Positions 51,307 to 60,656 of a DNA stretch of 64,000 nt are shown here, piece by piece (position 1 is the first letter of the stretch; each line of letters starts with the position of its first letter). Under the pieces are notes generated by a model. It made no database searches and was not told the DNA's origin. It saw nothing but the letters and a program-made list of their open reading frames with translations. Both the position numbers and the translations under genes were made by a program. The stretch covers positions 101,585 through 165,584 of the forward strand of contig VXNX01000009.1 in the NCBI GenBank assembly GCA_009840385.1. Direction: 5' to 3'. The stretch is from Candidatus Dadabacteria bacterium (GTDB lineage Bacteria > Desulfobacterota_D > UBA1144 > Nemesobacterales > Nemesobacteraceae).

Positions 51307-51652
51307 CTACCATGTACCTCCACTTCTCAAACTAATCATCAAAAGGTGTATGTCAAGGTTTTGGGACAAAACAAAAAACAGAGAAGAATTGATAGAAACC
51401 AAGTTAAGTATTTACCGTAATTTCCTGAAATAAAGTGGTTTTTTTGATTGCCCGGGGGGTAGTGTTCACAAAGCACCTACTTTAAAAAACACAATCCAGC
51501 CGATTCAACGTCAATAAAAGCAAAGGCCTCTTTTTACGCAATTGTCATCTTACCGCCTCCCTAAGCACCAAACAGAATTTTGGTGCCTTCGATAGAAGTG
51601 GACCTCAATCTTAGGACAGTTTTTCATTTTTATAGGTGTGTTCTCAGCATCT

Positions 51653-54600
51653 TTAAGGCACCAGTTTAATTTCTTCCGCCAGTTCCAGATAGCGACAGAA
51701 AGCATTGGCGAGTTGTATCTGTCGAGGCGTCCGGCACTCCGCCTCGAAGACCTGTGGAGAACTGACCATAATTGACAGGCACTTGGCACGCGAGGTGGCA
51801 ACGTTAAGTCGGTTCAGACTGTACAAAAACTCCATCCCCCGCGGTGCATCTTTATGGCTTGATGTTGCTGTTGAATAAATTGCAATTGGTGCTTCTTGGC
51901 CTTGGAATTTATCTACCGTGCCCACCCTAGCTCCCGCTAGGAGTCGCTGAATCTCAAAGACTTGCGCGTTGTAGGGCGTAATGATCAAGATATTGTCAAG
52001 GGTGACAGGTCTTTTGCTACCATCACGGTCCACCCAAGTTGCGTCACTATTCAACAATCTTTTTACAAGTGCTTCTATCGCCAGTGCTTCTTCAGGTGAG
52101 CAATTCTGATTGCCCTCGTGTTCGACGGGCAGATAGTACAAACCTGCGCCGTTGATTGGTCCAGATGCATGGACCACCTGCTGCTTTAGGTCTTTCTTCG
52201 CTTTGAGCTTGCCCTCATAGAAAAGTTCTGATGTATAATTGCAGATGTCGGGGTGCAACCGCCAAGTTTCTTCAAGAAATAGACCCTGTTCAGGTCTTAT
52301 TGTTTGCTTACCAGCTAAAACATGGTCAAGTGCGGAAACGTTAGTGCCATCTGGATGACTACCTTGCATTGGTTGGTCAAGTTGCTGCGGGTCACCGATC
52401 AGCACAACGGTATTGGCAGCCTGCGAGACCGCCAGCACATTGGCTAACGACATTTGTGCCGCTTCGTCGACAAACAGCACATCGATTATCTCAGAAGCCT
52501 CCGGTCGTGCCCACAGCCAAGCTGTACCGCCACCAACATTGACACTACTTCCAAGCATGTCGAACAGCTCTTCATTTTTCCTGGTAAAGCAGAGGCGAGG
52601 TTGCTCATCTTCGATCTCCGCAGCCTTATGACAGCAACGTAAATCCACTCCGCTTTCTTCTGCCGCCGCGATGGCTGCGTCAATCAGATTGCGGATTACC
52701 TTATGGCTATTCGCGGTGATACCGACCGTCTTGCCTTGGTGCACAAGTTCACAAATCATTTGCGCACCGGTAAATGTTTTGCCTGTGCCTGGTGGTCCCT
52801 GAATTGCTAGAATCCCCCCTTCTAGATGACCGCATAGCCGCACGGCTGCGTCAACAGTCGCTTCGCCTTCACGGTGCAACTTTTGTCCACCGATGCGAGG
52901 GGTTTCTTTCAGTAAGAGATCTCGTGCAGCCCGATATTTGCCTTCACCACGCAAGCCGTCACTGACGACATGTTCCGCAAGGCGCACTAGCGAGTCAGCG
53001 AGCACCTGTGTAGAGACATGGTCGTGTGCGAACACAGCGTGAGGGTGGGTCGCCTTGCTATCTTGCCGTTTCTTGATATCAATGGTGTAGTCTTCAAAAG
53101 AAATCGCAGCAACCTTCGCCACTATTTTGTTATCTTCACAATTGCAAAGATTCTCACCGCCGCGGAATTCGTTTTCCTGCGGCGGGAATTTATAGCGATG
53201 AATTGGTGCTCTTTCCGTACCTCCCACCTCATTGACAAAGGTGAGACCTGACAACCCGGTACGTTCATCCATCAGTTCCTCTGCCGAAAGGTCGCACAGC
53301 CGGAAATATTCCCACCATACGGCTTTGTCTTCCCGGCGGTGCCAGTCAATTATGTTGGCCAATACCCATAGTCCCTGTTGTTCTTTATCCCGTTTTTCTG
53401 GATCAGTCGGAATGCCAGCAGTCAGTTGTTCAATCAGCGGATTAATTTTCATAAGCCAGTCAGTGATTCTTTCTGTTGGCGAACCGTCACCCGGTTCTGG
53501 ACGCGGTATATCCGCCCCATCTGCTAGTAACTGACCGCGTTGCGTTTCAAGCCAGTCTCGCAGCCCTGCCACGGAGGCACAGTCATCCTTGTTGTAGACT
53601 AACACCGTGGCTTTGGTCTCCTCCGTAATTGAAGGAATATCATCCAGTTCCAGATTGGCTTGAAGATTTGCAAGTGCTGCATTTGCATCCGGGAGTTGCG
53701 TATTGCGCTTGAAGCCGTAGAACGGTTCCAGGTCTTTGATTGAATAGCTTTCAACGCTGGCACGAATACTGTGGCGCACGACCTGATATAGATCAATAAA
53801 TACGCCGGCGCGCAACAACTGGTCGATTTCTTCTTCTCTCGAGGCATATCTCCCCATCAGCCGTTTTAAGGCTGAGGTCTCGTAAGGTGCATAATGGTAA
53901 ATGTGAAGGTCGGGATATTGCTCCCAACGTTCCATAACGAAATCGACGAAATTCTCGAAGGTCTGCCGTTCTTCAGCGCGTGAGAAAGCCCAGATGTTTT
54001 TGTAAACAGTGTCAGCACTCTCATCATTGAATACATAACCGAACAGATATTCAAGTCCATGTTCTCCAACAAAAGGATCGCCTTCGAGATCGAAGAAAAT
54101 ATCGCCAGGCGAAGGTTCAGGAAGGCAAGAGAGGCCAAAGCCATGCTTAACAGGCAGCAATTCAAATTTACATTTGCCACTTTCTCTCGCCTCGACCTGA
54201 ATGCGGGCCTGTTCGCGTACTCGGTCATAGAAGTTTGCCGAGCCGCGTTCTGGTTCCCATGGCGGTGGCAACGGCAATAGAGCCAAGTCCTGTACCGTCG
54301 TGATGTTGTGCTGTGATAGTTCCTTAATCTGGAGTTTGGATATTCCAGCCACGAGACAAAGGTGATCATCGTCGCGGCGGTGCTTGTCACAGTTTTCCCG
54401 CCAGCGGCAGATATCACAATACTCTTTGGGGTCGGGATAGGTCTTTTCGGCTTCCTGACTTATTAGGAATTCCCGAAGTGCCCGCTGTACCTTGCGAAAA
54501 TACGCGGCATAGTCGGCAAAACGATATTTCCGCGGTTCGAAATCAGACCAAGGGACAACTACGTACATATAATCGGGCGTGACACCTTGTGCCTTCGTTA

Positions 54601-55063
54601 GCAAGTCGGAATAAAGGCATAGTTGCAGAATAGTTCCCGCTCTAGTTTCGCGTGCAAGCTTGGTATCAATTGCCTCATATGACCAATCGCCGATGATACC
54701 CGGCTTTTCGACACGACGAAGAATGTCGGCACGACCACCCCAACCATCACATGAAAGTGCACCTTGCACGATCACAGCGACACCTTGTCTCATCGCCAAA
54801 AGCGTTTCTTCCACCGCTTCTTCGGTAACATACGAACCGTCAATGCGCACGATTCCTAGGCCAGATTGCTCCAGATGGGCGACATAATTTTGTTCATGAA
54901 TGGAACCACGCTTCAACAGGACCTGGAGTAGTGGGTCCCAGACAGTTGGTTTGGCGAGTACCCCTTCGGCCACAGCACGGTCGAGGGTGGATAGATAACG
55001 ACAATTCAAATAACCTACGAGGTCGCTGGCGGTTAGGTCAAATTTGCTGCCAGTTTTTTTCAT
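51653..55063 (-). CDS. RecB-family (TM0106-like) nuclease fused to a superfamily-1 DNA helicase (AAA_11/AAA_12, Dna2/Upf1-like)
   Basis: N-terminal half has a Cys cluster CDICRWRENC...C and IFFDLEGDP, as in TM0106-type RecB-like nucleases. C-terminal half has Walker [20 protein letters not shown] and IGDPQQLDQP SF1 motifs. 1136 aa. Confidence 0.65.
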   Translation of the reverse strand: MKKTGSKFDLTASDLVGYLNCRYLSTLDRAVAEGVLAKPTVWDPLLQVLLKRGSIHEQNYVAHLEQSGLGIVRIDGSYVTEEAVEETLLAMRQGVAVIVQGALSCDGWGGRADILRRVEKPGIIGDWSYEAIDTKLARETRAGTILQLCLYSDLLTKAQGVTPDYMYVVVPWSDFEPRKYRFADYAAYFRKVQRALREFLISQEAEKTYPDPKEYCDICRWRENCDKHRRDDDHLCLVAGISKLQIKELSQHNITTVQDLALLPLPPPWEPERGSANFYDRVREQARIQVEARESGKCKFELLPVKHGFGLSCLPEPSPGDIFFDLEGDPFVGEHGLEYLFGYVFNDESADTVYKNIWAFSRAEERQTFENFVDFVMERWEQYPDLHIYHYAPYETSALKRLMGRYASREEEIDQLLRAGVFIDLYQVVRHSIRASVESYSIKDLEPFYGFKRNTQLPDANAALANLQANLELDDIPSITEETKATVLVYNKDDCASVAGLRDWLETQRGQLLADGADIPRPEPGDGSPTERITDWLMKINPLIEQLTAGIPTDPEKRDKEQQGLWVLANIIDWHRREDKAVWWEYFRLCDLSAEELMDERTGLSGLTFVNEVGGTERAPIHRYKFPPQENEFRGGENLCNCEDNKIVAKVAAISFEDYTIDIKKRQDSKATHPHAVFAHDHVSTQVLADSLVRLAEHVVSDGLRGEGKYRAARDLLLKETPRIGGQKLHREGEATVDAAVRLCGHLEGGILAIQGPPGTGKTFTGAQMICELVHQGKTVGITANSHKVIRNLIDAAIAAAEESGVDLRCCHKAAEIEDEQPRLCFTRKNEELFDMLGSSVNVGGGTAWLWARPEASEIIDVLFVDEAAQMSLANVLAVSQAANTVVLIGDPQQLDQPMQGSHPDGTNVSALDHVLAGKQTIRPEQGLFLEETWRLHPDICNYTSELFYEGKLKAKKDLKQQVVHASGPINGAGLYYLPVEHEGNQNCSPEEALAIEALVKRLLNSDATWVDRDGSKRPVTLDNILIITPYNAQVFEIQRLLAGARVGTVDKFQGQEAPIAIYSTATSSHKDAPRGMEFLYSLNRLNVATSRAKCLSIMVSSPQVFEAECRTPRQIQLANAFCRYLELAEEIKLVP

Positions 55064-55117
55064 AGCTGAAGCACACTGTCTCTATACAATAGCTAAAGAT
55101 ATAACTAGGACGCCACA

Positions 55118-55951
55118 CTAGGTATCTACTAAGATTGTAGCATTGAACCACTCACCCTTCCCGTTATCTGAGGGGATGTGAGGAGCAATGTCGGCAACAC
55201 TGCGAGTATGCAGCTTAGGCGGATCTTTCGCCATATCCCAAAGATGAAATAGATATGCTGTATCCGCCTTTTCAGCCTGCTTCCATTCATTGCGGGTTAC
55301 CCAAAACCTGAGGGGAGAATTAATCGTAGATTTGACTTCAATCATACGACTATCAATGGTACCGTGGTCAGACTTTTCATACGAGAGGACATCATAACCC
55401 GCGAAATTGTCATCGAGTCCTGGCCATTCAACTTCTCTCTCAATCCCCTCACTTTTTAGCCTTATCCGCTCATATTCAATTGTGAGTAACTCAGCAACTC
55501 TAGCTTGCTTCATTTTTTCAAGGTCTGAAATTAGCTTCGCGTGTCCTGTAATGTCGTCCCACCAAGTCACAACATCAGCGGATGGAGGGTCTGCCATCAA
55601 ACCAGCGGCTACAAAAACATCCTGATCATTTGTATCAAGTCCACGCACAAAGCGTTTACGTCCAACTCGCATAGTTTTGGACCAGATTGGTTGGTGCTTG
55701 ATAAGAATCGCTTTAATGCATTCTTGATAAAAGGCTTTTCCATCTGTAGGGCATTCGTCATCAACAAGTGTGTTAAGATAAGAGGATGCCTCTAAATCAA
55801 AGCTGGCACCATCCACCTCAAGACTTTCGATTAGAGGTATGATATCCAAAGTCTTAAGTTCGGGCTGGCGAGCAGAATACTTCCTGATTAACCGTAGTCC
55901 TTCTAATGCAGAAAGAGAAAACATTCGCTCGATCGGAATGAGCGCTGTCAT
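55118..55951 (-). CDS. DUF3883-like (restriction-endonuclease-fold) domain protein
   Basis: C-terminal GYDVLSYEKSDHGTIDSRMIEVKST resembles the DUF3883 / PD-(D/E)xK-like GYD..S...IEVK motif. Start overlaps the SNF2 gene stop by 4 nt. Confidence 0.4.
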   Translation of the reverse strand: MTALIPIERMFSLSALEGLRLIRKYSARQPELKTLDIIPLIESLEVDGASFDLEASSYLNTLVDDECPTDGKAFYQECIKAILIKHQPIWSKTMRVGRKRFVRGLDTNDQDVFVAAGLMADPPSADVVTWWDDITGHAKLISDLEKMKQARVAELLTIEYERIRLKSEGIEREVEWPGLDDNFAGYDVLSYEKSDHGTIDSRMIEVKSTINSPLRFWVTRNEWKQAEKADTAYLFHLWDMAKDPPKLHTRSVADIAPHIPSDNGKGEWFNATILVDT

Positions 55952-57858
55952 GCTTCCTCCATTGGAACATCTCCTGCTCTGTTTTCCATTTCGGCAATTA
56001 AGTCTATGATGTCTTGGAGTTCAACGTCATAATCTATAGGATCATCGGCACTTTCTTCATCCAACGCAATTTCGTGTAGATCTGGATCATCCAAGAGTTG
56101 TTGCATATTGCGGATCTTTTCCACCAACCTACGGCTAACCGAATAATCAATGCTTCCAACTCTTGGAGGTGCTATTGATCTATATACAAAGATATTAGTT
56201 TCCTGATTCGGGGGAAGTCCTAGTCGATGAATCCTGTCAATTGATTGAAGATAGTGTGTGGAAACATAGCTTCGGTCAGCGTATAAAGCATTATGGCAGA
56301 CGGTGTGTAGACTTATTCCTTCACCGGCGGCTGCTGGATTGGCCACAAGAACGTAACAATTATCATCTTCGTGAAATCGCTTGATTCGCCCTTCTCTGGT
56401 TTCGATTTCGTTTGTTGAACCAGATGGAACGCCTCCATGGATAAAAACCGGGTTCAAATCGGCAAGAGAGGAAACGAAATTGTAAATTGTATTGGTAAAT
56501 ATAGTCCAAATGACACATTTTTCACCCGCATTTGCTAATACACGCGCGTCATCCATCACAGCCTTCATCTTGTTTGAATAACCTTCATCCATAACTTGTT
56601 CTATTACTGCAGAATTAATTGATATATAGTCATTTGCCATAGCGGTCAGCGCAAGCACTGGGTTCACCGAGAGTTGTAGTAACCGCATAACGGAGCGTCG
56701 AGCTTTTAGAAACTCCCCCTTAGCCATTCTTCGGCTCAAATTATTGTAGTAGCTTCGAACAAACTCATTGCGAACAATGGAATAGAGTGCAAGTTGTCCT
56801 TCACTCATCGAAACATCGACAAATTTGCGGTTTGCTTTTGGTAGACCCAGCTCTTTTTTTGTCGTTCTGACGTAGAGGTTGCCTAAAACAGTTTTTGGAG
56901 ACTTACCGTGTACGACCTCTAAACCGAGACCGTGTCCAGGCCATAAAAAATCAAGTTGCGACTCTATGTCCGAGGCACTCTGAGGCATAGGCGTACCTGT
57001 CAAAATATCCCGCCTTACTGGCAAAGCTGAAATACTCAAAAGGAATGCTCCTCTTTGGGATTCCCAACCGGCCTTCATTCGATGTGACTCATCCAGAACC
57101 AGATGGGTAGGGGTGGAAGCAATGTGACAAGTTATTATATCTTGCTGTCTAATCAAAAGATCATATGAAATAATAAATCGTGTCGCACCCGATAATAATT
57201 TTTGGCGGTTATCTAGCTCGGACCCATCTAGAAGTGTGAATTGTTCACTTCCATTGTCTGAAGCATCCTCAGTCATACACTCGGAGACAATATCGAGCCA
57301 TACTTGAGTTGCAGACTTTGGTGCAACAACTATCAAATGTTGCCCTGTATGACGCGCCAATAGGTGAAGCGCAAAGGTTACTGTGGTCTTTCCTGCACCA
57401 GGAACTGAAAAGTTTGCACCATTTGCGAGTGAAAGCAGGTGTTGGAGATCACGAAGTTGAAAAGGCTTAAGTCTACGCTTTGTAAAACCTGCTTGAACAA
57501 GTAGGTTTTCAATTTCTTGCTCAGTGATGGTTGAAGACAGACTTTTCCTTTGCTCTTGTGTTGCCTTCACCTGGTTGGCAAACCTCTTCAACTCTTCGGC
57601 AGCCTTACCCTCAGGCCGAAATCGGAAATTTAACGAACGTTGTGTTGCTCGGCTTCCGAATTCGCGAACTAGACTGAGTGTATTAGGCCAAGAAAGTTTA
57701 ATCCGGTTACCAGTATCGATACAATCCACCCCCTTGGAGCGGATTGAGAGTTTAATACGAGACCAGACAGGTGTTTGGGTATCTTCTTCGGAAATAGCAA
57801 GCGTTCCTGTGTAATCATCATTTAGGAGTATCCGGATAGCCGTTGATATATCATTCAT
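55948..57858 (-). CDS. SNF2-family (SF2) helicase/ATPase
   Basis: Walker A PGAGKTTVT, DEAH-like VLDESHRMK, ILTGTPMPQS (SNF2 motif III), and motif VI QSIDRIHRLGL. 636 aa. Confidence 0.7.
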   Translation of the reverse strand: MNDISTAIRILLNDDYTGTLAISEEDTQTPVWSRIKLSIRSKGVDCIDTGNRIKLSWPNTLSLVREFGSRATQRSLNFRFRPEGKAAEELKRFANQVKATQEQRKSLSSTITEQEIENLLVQAGFTKRRLKPFQLRDLQHLLSLANGANFSVPGAGKTTVTFALHLLARHTGQHLIVVAPKSATQVWLDIVSECMTEDASDNGSEQFTLLDGSELDNRQKLLSGATRFIISYDLLIRQQDIITCHIASTPTHLVLDESHRMKAGWESQRGAFLLSISALPVRRDILTGTPMPQSASDIESQLDFLWPGHGLGLEVVHGKSPKTVLGNLYVRTTKKELGLPKANRKFVDVSMSEGQLALYSIVRNEFVRSYYNNLSRRMAKGEFLKARRSVMRLLQLSVNPVLALTAMANDYISINSAVIEQVMDEGYSNKMKAVMDDARVLANAGEKCVIWTIFTNTIYNFVSSLADLNPVFIHGGVPSGSTNEIETREGRIKRFHEDDNCYVLVANPAAAGEGISLHTVCHNALYADRSYVSTHYLQSIDRIHRLGLPPNQETNIFVYRSIAPPRVGSIDYSVSRRLVEKIRNMQQLLDDPDLHEIALDEESADDPIDYDVELQDIIDLIAEMENRAGDVPMEEA

Positions 57859-57907
57859 ATTATTCCCTTACCCTTTTTAATCTTGGCCAATTCCTCGTTT
57901 CTATCGT

Positions 57908-59209
57908 TTACTGCCGTTTTTTTATACTTTCCTCCACTCTCTCTAAAATAGTTCTGATTGACTCAATCTGCTTCAACATTGCCCTTAATGTGTCATCACC
58001 GGCAAGAGTAATATCAATCCCGGCCAGTTTTGTGTGTGCCTGAGACAGTGCTTTCAGAGCTGCTTTCTCTGATTGCTGGTCTTTGTCAAGTTCAATGGCA
58101 GTTTCACAGGATTCTATTAAGGCAGATACAGCTTCTTCCTTTGTAGATTCGTTACGAAGTGCTTCTATTATTGAACTGTAGTTCAAATTGTCTTCTTCAT
58201 TTTCAATATCAATCGCAAAATCATCTTCAACATCCTCGTCTAAATCTGCGGAATTATTGTCAATGGCTAGCTGCGCTTGCAACAATTCAAGCACTTTCGG
58301 CGCCAACTTGCCAAAGGAAGGATTCAAGTTGTAGACACGCCCTGATACTCGATCTCTGTTTTCAAAAAGTGAGAAAGCAATAGCGCGGCTTGCATTTTGA
58401 AGGCTTGGGTCCTTTTTAGCAATACTTTTTGGAATATCTCCGAAAATCTGCTGCCCTTCCGCCGCAACAAGATCATACTGACCGGGTTTCTTGACCCATT
58501 CATTTAGATATAGATCCGCCTCTTCCAGCGCCTGCAGGACCTTTTCGACATCTGCCTTGCTACGCCTCAGGCGATCAGCAACTTCCTTTGTTGTCCGTCC
58601 TTTGTTGACTTGTCTCCGGACCAATCTCGCATCGCCAATCCAGTCATAATCGAGTTTAGTTTCCTGCTTAGCTTGAAGATCGGCTTCAATATCATCTACT
58701 TCATCTCTTGTAGTATCCGGGGGAAGAACCGCACATCGAACATGACTGAAGCGTTCGTTAACTGAACCATCATTATTACGATAGAGTTCACGCATTGCAC
58801 TCAGACGACGATTCCCGTTAACCACTATGCCAGTATAGGTAATCAAAATTGTATCCCGTTGTTCTTCTTGCCTTAGTACATCGATAATCGGCACAACGGA
58901 GGATGTACCTTGTTTTGCAAGTTTCAGAAGAATTTGGTGCTGTCTCTGTTGAGCCGTTGAAGATTCTTGACCTTTCTCAAAGAAGTTTTTGGGTAGATCC
59001 CCAGTAGCAATTTCGCTTTGCTGTGCACTGAAGGTTCGACAGTTCTCCATCCGATAAACCAGCACATCGATTGGTAATGAGATCACCTTCAAAGAGAAGG
59101 GGCCACCCCGAAAGTCGTATATTTTCTCCTGCTCATTCGAGTTCTCCCAGCGTTGTTTAATAAGGACTTCTCGTTCTGACCTAGGTCGTACTCTCACTTG
59201 ATAGCTCAA
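57908..59209 (-). CDS. ParB/sulfiredoxin N-terminal-domain protein (DpdB/DndB-like) with acidic coiled C-terminus
   Basis: ISLPIDVLVYRMENCR and IVVNGNRRLSAMREL match ParB N-terminal box motifs. 433 aa. Confidence 0.5.
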   Translation of the reverse strand: MSYQVRVRPRSEREVLIKQRWENSNEQEKIYDFRGGPFSLKVISLPIDVLVYRMENCRTFSAQQSEIATGDLPKNFFEKGQESSTAQQRQHQILLKLAKQGTSSVVPIIDVLRQEEQRDTILITYTGIVVNGNRRLSAMRELYRNNDGSVNERFSHVRCAVLPPDTTRDEVDDIEADLQAKQETKLDYDWIGDARLVRRQVNKGRTTKEVADRLRRSKADVEKVLQALEEADLYLNEWVKKPGQYDLVAAEGQQIFGDIPKSIAKKDPSLQNASRAIAFSLFENRDRVSGRVYNLNPSFGKLAPKVLELLQAQLAIDNNSADLDEDVEDDFAIDIENEEDNLNYSSIIEALRNESTKEEAVSALIESCETAIELDKDQQSEKAALKALSQAHTKLAGIDITLAGDDTLRAMLKQIESIRTILERVEESIKKRQ

Positions 59210-59221
59210 TAGGTTCCTCCT

Positions 59222-59686
59222 TTACTCAAAAGCAATAATAAAAATAGGAACAGTTATGACACGATCAAACAGTTCTAATTCGCGAATAACTCTCTCAGCG
59301 TTAGCAATGTTATCGCCGATTTCACGCGCGGCTTCTTTAGTAGGAAGAGCTAAAGCAGCTGCCTGTATGCGCCCGTTTTGGAAAAGAAACTGTAATTTTA
59401 ATAAGTCATATGGTGCACGGCTCATGTTTCCTGTCTGAAGCTGAAAAGCAAGACCTTCTTTCTCAGCCGTAACCTCGAGACCATAATCCTGATTAAGTTT
59501 CACTCCCAATGCCCAACCTTCATTGAGAAACTCGGTTTCAACGTGTTCACGAATATGCGGTGTGCACCCTCTGGTAATATTGATTGTAGAAGCTTCAAAT
59601 ATACCAGTCAGCCACTTTCTAAGCCCACGCTGTTCCCACTCCACACTCGCATTATAATGTTTGCCATAGGTAAATGCTAGTTTCAT
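59222..59686 (-). CDS. hypothetical small protein (154 aa) between methyltransferase and ParB-like genes; candidate nuclease/specificity component
   Basis: No confident family assignment. Overlaps the MTase stop by 4 nt and lies 13 nt from the ParB-like gene, so it is operonic. Confidence 0.3.
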   Translation of the reverse strand: MKLAFTYGKHYNASVEWEQRGLRKWLTGIFEASTINITRGCTPHIREHVETEFLNEGWALGVKLNQDYGLEVTAEKEGLAFQLQTGNMSRAPYDLLKLQFLFQNGRIQAAALALPTKEAAREIGDNIANAERVIRELELFDRVITVPIFIIAFE

Positions 59687-60618
59687 GAGTTTCTTTTTGA
59701 ATTTGGATCGTAAACTGGCTCATTCATTGGTCGGGTACGGAGCTTCCCTTTACGTAGATCACGCACGCGACGGCGTGCAATATTGATATAGTTTTTGTCA
59801 AGGTCACAGCCGTATGCACAGCGACCATGCTTCAGTGCTGCAATCGCACTCGATCCAACTCCAAGATAAGGATCAAGGACATTTTGACCCTCATTGGTCA
59901 AGGCCAAAACCAACCGCTCAACCAAGCCAACGGGAAACTGACAAGGGTGTTCAGTTTTTTCTACATGGTTGGACTTCACATTAGGAATGTCCCAAACATC
60001 GGATGGGTTTTTTCCTAAAGGATTACTCGATACACTGCCTTTTTTTGGACCTTTAAAATATTTTTTGTTGGGATACTTGGATGGAACACGAATATCGTCA
60101 AGATTGAATATGTAATCATCAGATTTTGTGAACCAAAGTATAGTCTCATGACGCCCAGAGAATCTCTTCTGGCAGTGTAGACCGTGCCCGAAGGTCCATA
60201 CAATCCTGTTTCTTAGCTTCAAGCCGTGATTTCGGAAAATTGGATAGAGAAGAATGTCGAGGGGGAATATCTCACCACCATCGACATAGTTGCCAACTTG
60301 CCAACAGATTGATCCGTTGGGAGCTAGAACACGTGTGGCTTCCGCAATACAAGCGGCCTGTTCCTTGATGTAAACATCCTGAGATTTTCGAACCTCGTAC
60401 TCTTTCCCGATATTGTAAGGGGGAGAGGTTACAATAAGGGTCATTGATTCGTCATCCAAACGACGCATAAATTTGAGATTATCTTCGCATGAAATTTGGA
60501 CTTTTATATCTCGCTTTAGTCGCCGAGTTTTAGGGTCCTTCGTATCATTAGATGCCGCTCGTCTGGATCGTACTGATTCCAATTCCTTCTCCCGACACGT
60601 ACTACTAAATCTTCCCAA
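59683..60618 (-). CDS. DNA methyltransferase, beta-class amino-MTase (SPPY motif; N4-cytosine or N6-adenine)
   Basis: Motif IV TSPPYN near the N-terminus (preceded by CEDNLKFMRRLDDESMTLIV) and motif I LDPYLGVGSSAIAA near the C-terminus, the circularly permuted beta-class order. The listed start is a TTG, so the true start is uncertain. Confidence 0.75.
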   Translation of the reverse strand: MGRFSSTCREKELESVRSRRAASNDTKDPKTRRLKRDIKVQISCEDNLKFMRRLDDESMTLIVTSPPYNIGKEYEVRKSQDVYIKEQAACIAEATRVLAPNGSICWQVGNYVDGGEIFPLDILLYPIFRNHGLKLRNRIVWTFGHGLHCQKRFSGRHETILWFTKSDDYIFNLDDIRVPSKYPNKKYFKGPKKGSVSSNPLGKNPSDVWDIPNVKSNHVEKTEHPCQFPVGLVERLVLALTNEGQNVLDPYLGVGSSAIAALKHGRCAYGCDLDKNYINIARRRVRDLRKGKLRTRPMNEPVYDPNSKRNS

Positions 60619-60628
60619 GATTAATAAG

Positions 60629-60656
60629 ATTCTACCAGCTTTACACAGCGTATGAA
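60629..60656 (-). promoter_or_regulatory. candidate sigma-70-type promoter for the island-2 operon (minus strand: TTCATA, 16-nt spacer, TAGAAT)
   Basis: Reverse complement of 60651-60656 is TTCATA and of 60629-60634 is TAGAAT, with a 16-nt spacer. This sits immediately 5' of the MTase ORF, which would imply a very short or leaderless 5' UTR if the TTG start is real. Confidence 0.2.
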
